Assembly (NCBI GenBank): GCA_038087875.1
Contig: CM075996.1
Coordinates: 6,822,001-6,886,000 of the forward strand
Direction of reading: 5' to 3'
Source of the DNA: Malacoraja senta
Taxonomy: Eukaryota
DNA length: 64,000 bases
Every line of letters begins with the position of its first letter. Position 1 is the stretch's first letter. The translations under genes and the position numbers were made by a program. Shown here one piece after another: positions 38,501 through 50,500 of this stretch. The notes under the pieces were generated by a model. The model did no database searches. It was not told the DNA's origin and was given only the letters and a program-made list of their open reading frames with translations.

Positions 38501-41500
38501 GTCTTCTCCTTCTTGCGTATGGCGTGCACAGCCTAAAGTTGTGGACACCAAAACACTACATTGTGCAAGTCGGGTTGATTGCATTAGTTGAAACAGGGTG
38601 GACCACGTGAAGGTTGCAATCTCCCAACCCTATATCCCTCTGAAGCTTTCCTATCCATGTACCTGCCCAAGTGTCTTTTACATTTTGTTATAGTTTAGTT
38701 CAGTTTATTTTCTGTTTTGAGATACAGTGCGGAAACAGGCCTTTAGGCTCACTGAGTCCGCGCCGACCAGCGATCCCCAGACACGAACATTATCCTACAC
38801 ACACTAGGGACAATTTACATGTTATGCCAAGCCAATTAACCTACAATCCTGTACGTCTTTGGAGTGTGGGAGGAAACCGAAGATCTGGGAGAAAATCCAC
38901 GCAGGTCACGGGGGGAACGTACAAACTCCGTGCAGACAGCGCCCGTAGTTGGGATCAAAACCATGTCTCTGGCGCAGAAAGCGCTGTAATGCATTAACTC
39001 TACCGCTGTGCCATCATGCCGCCCTTAACTACCTCCTCTGGCAGCTTGCATCAGGGAATGTCTTGGGATCGGTGAAGTGAAATTCTTTCCTTTCCCTTCC
39101 AGATTCTGTGGAGAAAGAGAGTCGCTCTGCATCTCGAGGTACGGATATTTATGTTCTCAATGTCTCCCTGTAACATTCACTGGGGAACAATCCATCCACC
39201 CATGGGTGAGGTTTAGAGGGATAGGGGCCAAACGCGGGCAGGTGGGACTAATGTAGATAGGGGACCCTTGGTTAGTATGAGCAAGCTGGGCCGAAGGGGC
39301 AGAGAAGATCTAGTGATTTTATCACAAGGAACGCTGCTGAGCTCTTTCATGCTTGTGATGTATTTTAAGGACTTGGAAGGGAAGGGAAGGGGACTGGCAG
39401 ATGGAACAATAGCTTGAAGGAATGAACGAACAAATGAATGAAAGAATGAATGAATGAAAAAATGAATGAATGGATGAATGAATGGATGGATGGATGGATG
39501 GATGGATGGATGGATGGATGGATGGATGGATGGATGGATGGATGGATGGATGGATGGATGGATGGATGGATGGATGGATGGATGGATGAATGGATGGATG
39601 GATGGATGAATGAATGAATGGATGAATGAATGAATGGATGAATGAATGGATGGATGGATGGATGGATGGATGAAAGAATGAATGAATGAATGAATGAATG
39701 AAAGAATGAATGAACAAATGAGTGAATGAATGAATGCTTCATTGTCCCATGTGACGAGGCTCAGTGATATTCGTTGTTTTGCGTACACAAGGTATGCAAA
39801 GAGTCGCTATATAAAGGGCACCGACAAAGTTACAAAGTATCCCCGCGCCGGCTACTCCTTTGTTCCCGGCGGCACTTCCTCCCGCTCCCACGTGTCACTA
39901 GCTTGTCGAAGCTTGTGGGATTATAGACAATGAAGAGGGTTGTCTTAGGATACGGCATTATGTAGATCAGCTGGGAAGGTGGGCGGAAAAATGCAAGGTG
40001 GAATTTCATGTCGATAAACAGCGCATTGTGGCGCAGCGGTAGAGTTGCTGCCTCACAGCGCCAGAGGCCCAGGTTCGATCCTGACTACGGGTGCTGCCTG
40101 CATGGAGTTTGTACGTTCTCCCCGCGACCTGCGTGGGCTTTCTCCGGGTGCTCCAGTTTCCTCCCACACTCCAAAGACGTCCAGGTTTGTAGGTTAATTG
40201 GCTTCTGTAAATTGTAAATCATCCCCAGTTTGTAGGATAGAACTAGTTGAAGGGGTGATCGCTGGTTGGCGTGGACCCAGGGGGCCAAAGGGCCTGTTTC
40301 TGCGCTGTATCTCTAATCTAAAACATGTGAGCAGAGATAGCAGACGAGCGATAGCAAGTTTAGAATCTAAAGGGGAATCCCTGACATATTAGTTTAGTTT
40401 AGTTTAGTTTAGAGATACAGCGCGGAATCAGGCCCCTCGGCCCACCGAGTCCGCGCCGACCAGCGATCCCCGCACATTAACACTACCCTACACACACTAG
40501 GGACAATTTGTACATTTATACCAAGCTAATTAACCTACAAACCTGCACGTCTTTCGAGTGGGGGAGGAAACCGAAGATTCTCGGAGAAAACCCACGCGAG
40601 TCACGGGGAGAACGTGCAAACTCCGTACGGACAGCACCCGTAGTCGGGATCGAACCCGCGTTTCTGGCGCTGGAAGCGCTGTAAGGCAGTAACTCTCCGC
40701 TGCGCCACTGTTCTGCCCTTAACTACCTCCTCTGGCAGCTTGTTCCATATATCTAATCAGTGTTTGATTTTCATTTCAGATTCCAGAGAAAGTGTGGAGA
40801 GGAAAATCGAGATGATTGTATCGAGAGAAGATGATGGTACGTAGATGTGTGTGTGTGTGTGTGGAGATGTCACCTGCACATGTCCTGGGTGGTCATGGTT
40901 ACTGGGGGAGAGGGATCTTGGGGGAAAAAATTCGGAAAACCACCGTGAGACCAGGAAACTGAAACCCTCTTCCTTCTGTTTCAGACTCTGCGGAGAACGA
41001 GAGTGGGCCGGATACTAAAGGTAGTTCACCTGATCTGCTCGTCACCAGGATAGAGTGAACTGTCATTAAAATGGGAGGGAGAGTTTCAGAGCTACACTGG
41101 CAGCTGGGCACAGGGAACATCTGGGGATCGGTCAAGTGAAATTCTTTCCTTTCCCTTCCAGATTCTGCGGAGAAAGAGAGTCGCTCTGCATCTCGAGGTA
41201 CGGATATTTATGATTTCAACGGCTCCCTGTAACATTCACTGGGGAACAATCCATCCACCCATGGGTGAGGTTTAGTGGGATAGGGGCCAAATGCGGGCAG
41301 GTGGGACTAGTGTAGGCGGGTCAACTTTGGTCGATTTCTGAACTTCCTCTGGACCCTCCCCAATATGAAAACACCCTTCCTCAGATATAGGGCCCAAAAC
41401 TGCTGATAATATCTAGAGGTGGCCCGACCAGCACCTTATAAAGGCCCAGCATTACATCCTTGCTTTTATATTCTAGTTCTCTCGAAATGAATCTTGCTAC

Positions 41501-44500
41501 CGACCCAACCTGCAAGTTGGGAATGCAAAATGTGGCCGAGTCATTGGGTATCTTTAAGGCGGAGATTGTCAGATTGTTGATTAGTATGGGTGTCAGGGGT
41601 TATGGGGAGAAGGCAGGAGAATGGGGTTGAGAGGGAGAGATAGATCAGCCATGATTGAATGGTGGAGTAGATTCGATGGGCCGAATGGCCTAATTCTGCA
41701 GGTTTACAGGTTTAAATGTAAATTGTCCCGAGTGTGTGTTAATGTGTGGGGATCGCTGGACAGTATGGACTCGCTAGGCCGAAGGGCCTGCTTCCACGGT
41801 GTATCTCGAAAACTAAACTAAGCGGTGCTGTCTCGAAGGGCCGAATGGCCTACTCCTGCACCTATTGTCTATTGTCTATTGCTCCTATCACCTATGAACT
41901 TGCGAACTAATCCCGCACCAGCAGCCCCGTGTTCCTTTTGCAAACACCGGGGCTCGATCCATGGAGTCCGGGGGAAAGGCTGCACTGTGACCCCCAAACC
42001 CTGGGCACGAAGGGCCATGGTGCGAAGGGGGGACATCTCATGGGGACGGAGCCAGCCAGCGAGGGTGGTGAATCTGTGGCTGCGGAGGCCAAGTCAGTGG
42101 ATATTTTTTGAAGGCAGGGATAGATAGATTCTTGATTGGTACGGGTGTCAGGGGTTGTGGGGGAGAAGGCAGGAGAATGGGGTTGGGAGGGAGAGATAGG
42201 TCAGCCATGATTGAATGGCGGAGTAGACCTGATGGGCCGAATGGCCTGATTCTGCTCCTATCACTTATGAACTTATGAAGGTGTGAGTGAGAAGAGACAG
42301 CAGCGTGTAACACCAACACACGTTGATGCCGTCAACCTTTCACACTCAATTTCAATTCCAGATTCCAAGGAGAGCGGCGAGAAGAGAATCAAAGACGTCG
42401 GATCAAGAGAAGATGAAGGTTCGTGGACGTCTCTGTGTGGGGATTGTTGTCCGTGTTAACACACAACAGTATCATATAAACCCCGGGGGTAAACGGCAGA
42501 TAAGGTGGGGACAGGTCGGGAAGAGAAGACACATTCTGGTGGGCAGGAGGAGATCACTTCATAAATGATAGGAGCAGAATTAGGCCATTCAGCCCATTCA
42601 ATCACGGCTGATCTGTCTCTCCCTCCCAACCCCATTCTCCTGCCTTCTCCCCATAACCCCTGACACCCGTACTAATCAACAATCTGTCAATCTCCACCTT
42701 AACGATACCCATTGACTTGGCCTCTTTCGCTGTCTGTGGCGATGAAATTCCTCTGCATCTCCTTTCGAAAAGGTACAAACCTTCTGTGGCAAAGAATTCC
42801 GCAGATTCACCACCCTCTGACTAAAGAAATTCCTCTCATCTCCTTCCTAAAAGAACATCCTTTAATTCTGAAGCTGTGCCCTCTGGTCCTAGACTCTCCC
42901 ACTAGTGGAAACATCCTCTCCACATCCACTCTATCCGGGCCTTTCACCATTCGGTAAGTTTCATTGAGGTGCCATTTCTCACCCACCCCCCATCCTTCTA
43001 AACTCCAGCGAGTACAGGCCCAGCGCCGACAAACGCTCATCGTATGTTAACCCACTCGTTCCTGTTAAATAACCAGAAACCCGTTTCAATTCCAGATTCC
43101 AAGGAGAGCAGGGAGAAGAAAATCAAAGACGCTGGATCAAGAGAAGATGATGGTTTGTGGACATCTCTGTCTGGGGATTATTGTCTGTGGGTAACATGCA
43201 GGATGTGAGACCACTAGCATGTAAACCTCAGGAGTAAATGGCAGATAAGTTGGACACAGGTCATGAGGGGAAGATGCATGCTGGTGGGCAGGAGGATATA
43301 AGTTCATATGTCATATGCTGACAGAATGGAGCGGCTGGGCTTGTACACTCTGGAGTTTAGAAGGATGAGAGGGCATCTTATTGAAACCTATAAGATTATT
43401 AAGGGTTTGGACACGCTAGGGGCAGGAAACATGTTCCCGATGTTGGGGGAGTCCAGAACCAGGGGCCACAGTTTAAGAATAAGGGGTAAGCCATTTAGAA
43501 CAGAGACGAGGAAACACTTTTTATCACAGAGAGTGGTGAGTCTGTGGAATTCTCTGCCTCAGAGGGCGGTGGAGGCCGGCTCTCTGGATACTATCAATAG
43601 AGAGCTAGATAGGGCTCTTAAAGATAGCGGAGTCAGGGGATATGGGGAGAAGGCAGGAACGGGGTACTGATTGGGGATGATCAGCCATGATCACATTGAA
43701 TGGCGGTGCTGGCTCGAAGGGCCGAATGGCCTACTCCTGCACCTATTGTCTATTGTCATAGAAGCAGAATTAGGCCATTCTACATTGACTTTGTGATACT
43801 TCATGGCCTGAGCTACAGGGAGAGGTTGAGCAGGCTGGGGACTCTATTCCTTGTAGCTCAGGAGGATGAGGGGGTGATCTTATAGAGGTGTATAAAATCA
43901 TGAGTGGAATAGATCGGGTAGACGCACAGAGTCTCTTGCCCAGAGTAGGGGAATCGAGGACCAGAGGACATAGGTTTAAGGTGACGGGGGCAAGATTTAA
44001 TAGGGACCTGAGTTTTTTGGTGGGTGTATGGAACGAACTATCAGAGGAGATGGTTGAGGCAGGCACTATCAAAACATTTCAGAAATTTTTGAACAGTACA
44101 TGGACAGGTCAGGTTTAGAGGGATATGGGCCAAACGCGGGCAAGTGGGATAGTGTAGGTGGGGCATGTTGGTTGGCGTGGACAAGTTGGACCGAAGGGCC
44201 TGTTTCCTGTTTCCCTGCTGTGTCTCTACATTGAACTGAATCCTTGGTGACCAAAGCTTGTGCTGCTGTTTTTGATGCAGATTCTGCGGAGAGGAACAGG
44301 AACAACAACAACTCCAGTGAGTAGACAATTCCAAGTCTCATGTATAAAGCCGTGTGTGGGGGCCCCAGACTCGGTCAGCCCGCTGGGTCCTCTAGACGGG
44401 GGCAGCGGTAGAGTTGCTGCCTCACAGCGCCAGAGATCCGGCTTCCACCCTGACCACAGGTGCTGTCTGTTCAGTTCTGCACGTTCTCCCTGCGACTGCG

Positions 44501-47500
44501 TGGGTTTTCTCCGGGTGCTCTGGCTTCCTCCCACACTGGCACTATCCTACACACGGGGGACAAGTTACAGGAGCCGATTCACCCACAGACCCGCACGTCT
44601 TTGGAGTGCGGGAGGGGACCGGAGCAACCGGGGGAACCCCCCGCAGGTCACGGGGAGAACGTACAAACTCCGTACAGACAGCACCCGTGGTCTGCAATCA
44701 AAACCGGGCGCTGTGAGGCAGCAACTCTACTGCGCCACCGTGGCGCCCTTCTACCGCGGCGTATACTAACGGCTCTGGATGAAAGGTGAATCGAGAGTAA
44801 TGGTGACTGTGCTGGAAGATGGGGTTCGGGCCTGTGTGATAGTCGCCTAAACTTAAACTGTAAAATAATTCAAAGAACACGAGTCTCGCTTAAAAGCTTT
44901 TTACTTACCACCAGGTGGGAGAAGGCACAGAAGTCTGAGTGTACCGTGACACCCTCAGTCACCTGCTACTGCCCTCTCAAGGAATACACAGAAGTACAGC
45001 TTAAAGCAGCTCAAAGTACATCCAGTAAATTTCCACTGAGTTCCCACATGAACGAAGCCTGCCTTTCACAAAGACATGATAAGATTCCTTTAATTGTGTT
45101 AGGGAGTTAAAACAGGAGTTGCACATTAGGGAGTAAAACAGCTGCTATGACAAGAGGGTGCCATTGTCTGATATGGAAGCACCACAGGATATTAGCACCG
45201 GACATTGGTATGTCTTTGATAAAAACTGAAAAACAAGTTCTTATCTGTGTTTCTCTAGTATCGTGAAGGTCGATCTGCAAAGCCTGTTTTTTAATCGTGC
45301 ATTCTGCTTTAAAATGTCTGCTATGAGTAAAATAAAATGTTGTCTACTACAGCATTAACCCTTACACCTGTGGCCGTGTAGGATGGTGCAGACTTGCTGG
45401 CTCACACAGCCAACTCCCGTTCTTGACCTCCGCTAGAACTCCGGCTGATGAGATTGCATCCGCTGGGAACTCCTGTTTAGTTCAGCTCAGTCCAGTTTAT
45501 TGTCACGTGTACCGAGGTACAGTGAAAAGCTTTTGTCGCCCGCTAACCAGCCAGCGGAAAGACAACACGTGCTTACATTCGAACCGTCCGCAGTGTACAG
45601 ATACATGATAAAGGGAATAACGTTTAGTGCAAGGTAAAGCAGGCAATGTCCCATCCTGGATACAGATCCGAGCGGAGTTTGAGTAGATCACAGTTAAAGT
45701 GAGAAATCTTGCTGTCCCCGTTGCCCCCGCGACACGATGGCGCAGCGGTAGAGTCGCTACCTTACAGCGATTGCAGCGCCAGAGACCTGGGTTCAATCCC
45801 GACTACGGGTGCTGTCCGTACGGAGTTTGTACGTTCTCCCCGTGATCCTCGGTTTTCTCCCACACTCCAAAGACCAACTGGTTTGTAGGTTAATTGGCTT
45901 GGTATAAATGTAAACATTGTCCCTAGTGTGTGTAGGATAGTGTCAATGTAGGATCATTGGCTTGGTATGTGTAAAATTTGTCCCTAATGTGTGTGTGTGT
46001 GTGTGTGTGTGTGTAGGATAGTGTTACTGTGCGGGGATCGCTGGTCGGCACGGTCTCGATGGGCCAAAGGGCCTGTATCTCTAACCTAAACTAAACCAAT
46101 AGAGATTTAATAGTGTGGAGCGATTGTAATGTGAGTTTGTCGATCTGCTTCTGCGGCTGGCATGCAAATAGTCGCCTGCAGTGGGCGCCACCTGCCTCGT
46201 GGTGAGTGCATCGTGGGAGTGGCCACAAACCGTGATACGGACACTCAGCAGAACCGAGCCTTCCGCACTGCCGTCCGTCCAGTGATCGAAACCTGTTTTC
46301 CTTTCAGATTCCGATGAAAGTGGCGAAAGGAAAATTAAAACGCTGGGATCCAGCGAAGGCCGAGGTTTGTGGACGTCTCTGTTTGGGGCTTGAGACTTTA
46401 AGACTTTTGCCTCCATCACAGTGAGGAGGTACCTGGTGAACTCACTGTGGTGGATGTTAATTTGTGTTTATTGTGTGTTTTGTTATTTATTATTATATGT
46501 ATGACTGCAGGCAACGAAATTTCGTTCAGACCGAAAGGTCTGAATGACAAATAAAGGAATGTCTAATCTCTAATCTCTAATCTCTATTGCGCGGGATTGG
46601 GGCAGCACGGTGGCGCAGCGGTAGAGCTGCTGCCTCGCAGCGCCAGAGATCCCGGGTTCGATCCTGACCACGGGCGCTGTCTGTACCTTCTCACCCTTTC
46701 ACCTGCGATCCCCGTACACTAACGCGCCAGGGGCAGAAGCCAATTGACTTGCAAACCTGCACGTCTTTGGAGTGTGGGAGGAAACCGGAGCACCCGGAGA
46801 AAACCCACTAAGGTCACAGGGAGAACATGCAAACTCCACACAGACAGCACCTGTAATCGGTATCGAACCTGCCCTAGTACTCAGTCTATCCCTGTTCGAA
46901 GGGGAAGAGGGACTTTTCATAAGTGGTAGGAGCAGAATTAGGCCATTCGGCCCATCAAGTCCACTCTGCCATTCAATCATGGCTGATCGGTTTTTCCCTC
47001 TCAACCCCATTCTCCTGCCTTCACCCCAATAACCCCGGACACCCATACTGATCAATGAAAGCTATTGGATAGCTGACGGGAAACTGACATTTGTCGGGAA
47101 ACTGAAATTCTCTTCCTTTCTGTTTCAGACTCTGCGGAGAACGAGAGTGGGCCGGATACTAAAGGTAGTTCTCTTGATCTGCTCGTCACTGGGAGAGAGT
47201 GAAACGTTACACAAATAGAAGGGGGGCAGCATCAAGCGTAACACAAAGCGCTGGAGAAACTCAGCGGGTCAGGCAGCATCTGCGGTGGGAAAGGACAGAC
47301 GATATTTCGGGTCAGGGACCCTTCTTCAGACCGATGGGGTTCGGGGGAGAAAGCTGGTGTGGGGGGGGGGGGGAGATTGTGGTGCAGACTAAGCCTGGTG
47401 AGTGATAGGTGGAGACAGCAGGGGAGTGACTGACAGAGGCTGGAGTATTGGCCCTGTCCCTTGATTCCGTTAGCCTTAAGAGCTATACCTAAAAGCCCTG

Positions 47501-50500
47501 TCCCACGGTACGAGTTCATTCCAAGAGCTCTCCCGAGTTTAAAAACAATCAAACTCGTGGTAAGCACGGAAAATGAACGTAGCGGGTATGTTGGAGCTCG
47601 GGGACGTCTCTTAGCGGCTTGTAACGCTAACGGCAGGTACTCGGGAAGACTCGCTAACGGCAGGTAAGCACGGGAAGACTCGCGAAGATTTTTCAACCTG
47701 TTGAAAAATGTCCACGAGAGCCCCGAGTACCGACGAGCGGCCATTACCGTAAATCTCCGAGTTCGAATCAGGGCAAACTCGGGAGAGCTCTTGGAATGAA
47801 CTCGTACCGTGGGACAGGGGTTTAAGTGAGAACGGCTGGAGGTGATAGCGCGACGGAAGGGTGTCAGAGCGTCTGAAACAACTGATAGACGACAGACATC
47901 CATTACACCACCATGTGCCCCCTCCTAGGTGGTGAAAATCCCGTTACGAGCCCCCTGTAGTGGCTTGGATGAGGTCAGGAAAAGGCCAGACGCCAGGCAG
48001 GTTCAGAAGTAGTTTAATGACGCGTCGCAAAATCACAGAACGCCCCCCCCCCCGAGCAGGATCTAGGATACCCCGTGGGCAGACAATCGCCCCTGTCCCT
48101 CAAGAGCCGAGGGGGGATGACCCAAGGAGTGGCCTAACCCCCAGGGACCGCCACGTCCCAACCAGCGTCACCCCGTTGGAAACAACACCAACGGAAGAGG
48201 CTCGCCTCCAGATGTGCAAGAACAGACTAGCCAGTCCCTATTTCCACCAAGATGGGCACATACCAGCAGCAAAGCGCTTACCATCAGCTGCTGATGGTCA
48301 CTGGCCTAACTGGAGATGTCTCAACCGAATGCGAACCGGGGTCGGGCGGTCAAGGACGACAATGCTCAAATGGGGCTACATGGAGGGTACAACAACCTGT
48401 GACTATGGCACACACAGACCCAGACAATGCAACACCTACTGCAATGCCCATTGCTGGAGTGGATAATCCATGTGCTACTTGTGTGTCTCCAATTGGAGAC
48501 GTGGGTCCGTACCCCACTTCTGACACCACGTTGTGTGTTCGGCTGTTGTAAATAACTGGAGCCTTACACCAAGATAAAGGTCCAAAGACTTTATTAACTA
48601 CATAGCGAATACGACTTCACACTTGCACGTCTCCCTAATTCTAAGGGAACCAGGCGAGGAGGGGTGCTGTAAAACTAGTGGGCGTAACTACAAAAGCATG
48701 ACTCATAACATGAGTGACACTGATCTACACCTGCTGCAGACCTTGCACTGAACACGCCAACAGCGCAACGATGTGTACCGCAGTGGCGAGCCACTCTATA
48801 GGATAAGGACACGCAAGAAGAAGGGTGTCAGATTAGGAGGGGAGAAGAGGAGGAGGTGGGGTGGGGGGGGGATAGAGGGAGATGGGGTCATCGGGGGTGG
48901 AAGATGAGTGTATGTAGGAGGGGGAAATGAGTGGAGTGAATTTGGGGGTGGGAGAGGGATTTGAGAAAGGGCGGTAAATATACAGCATGGTGGTGCTGCG
49001 GTAGAGTTGCTGCCTCACAGCGCCAGAGACACGGGTTCAATCCCGACTACGGGTGCTGTCTGTGCGGAGTTTGGACCTTTTCCCCGTGGGGTTTCTACGA
49101 GATCTTTGGTTTCCTCCCACACTCCAAAGACGTGCTGGTTTTGTAGGTTAATTGGCCTGGTATAAATGTAAAATTGTCCCTAGTGCCTGTAGGATAGTGT
49201 ACGTTTGCGGGGATCGCTGGTCGGCGCGGACTCGCGTTTCCGTGCTGAATCTCGAAACTAAATTAAAATGGGTGGATTACTTGACATCGGAGAGTTCGAT
49301 GCTCACACCATAGAGTTGAAAACGAGTTGCGGGAGCATTAAAGTGGCTCTGATAATTGACCACAGAGAATACAGAGTAATCCATGCACTAATATTCTTTT
49401 CCTTTCCCTTCCAGATTCTGCGGAGAAAGAGAGTCACTCTGCATCTCGAGGTACGGATATTTATGAGTTGCATGTCATAGAGTGACACAGCGTGGAAACA
49501 GGCCCCCCTGCCTGCGTTTGGCCCGATATCCCTCCAAACCTGTCCTATCCATGCCTCCCTGTAATATTCACCAGTGAACAATCCATTCATGGTGATCTAG
49601 TAATCATCTACCTGTCTGAAGAAGGGTCCCGACCCGAAACGTCACCTATTCCTTTTTCTCCGGAGATGCTGTCTGACCCGTTGAGTTAAGGGCCTGTCCC
49701 ACTTTCACCACCTAATTCACGACCTCTGCCGAGTTTGCCCCTGACTCATACTCGCAGCATGGTCGTCACGAGGTCGTAGGAGGTGGTAGGTAGGTCGTAG
49801 CAGGCCGTGATGCTAGTCGTAGGTACTCGTGGCATCAAGTAGGTCAGGTCGTTTTTTCTAGCCTGATGAAAAATGTCCACGAGTAAAAAAGGTTGTGAAT
49901 TAGGTCGTGAAAGTGGGACAGGACCTTTACTCCGGCGTTTTGTGTCTATCCTCGGTGTTATCCTGTATCTGTAGTTCCTTCCTACAGGAGTGCCGGGGGT
50001 TAATGGGAGAAGGCAGGAGAATGGGGTTGAGAGGGAAAGATGGATCAGCCATGATTGAAGGGCGGAGTAGACTTGATGGGCTGAATGGCCTAATTCTGCT
50101 CTTATAACCTATGAACTAGGCGATCTGTCTGATCGGAGTCCAGACCAGGTTGTGGGTGAGACAGGGTTTACAGGGGCTGAATAATCTCAGTAAAACATTT
50201 GTGTAGTTAACTGTGCGGCCGGGATATTTACACCTTCTTTCTTTTATGTTTCAGACTCAGCGGAGAACGAGAGTGGCCCAGATACTACAGGTAATTCTCC
50301 TGATCTGTCAACTGAACATCACCGGGATAGATTGGGAGAGCATTAAGACAGGAGGAGGGTGCTTTTACGATATTGGGGCGGCACGGTGGCGCAGCGGTAG
50401 AGTTGCTGCCTCACAACGCCAGTGACCCGGGTTCCATCCTGACCACGGGGGCTGTCTGTGCGGAGTTTGCACGTTCTCCCCGTGACCTCCAAACGGTTTA

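Larger units (their letters stand above)
22332..39046. repeat. Tandem array of about 3.14 kb units (4 full plus 1 partial), each full unit carrying exons A-B-C-A
   Basis: Homologous exons recur at 29671/32808/35948 (steps 3137, 3140) and 31705/34844/37988 (3139, 3144); the first unit is about 3.48 kb longer because of two LINE insertions; boundaries approximate. Confidence 0.92.

Noticed and set aside
39213..39788. (IHPS)n ORFs
   Set aside because: Translation of the (GGAT)n microsatellite
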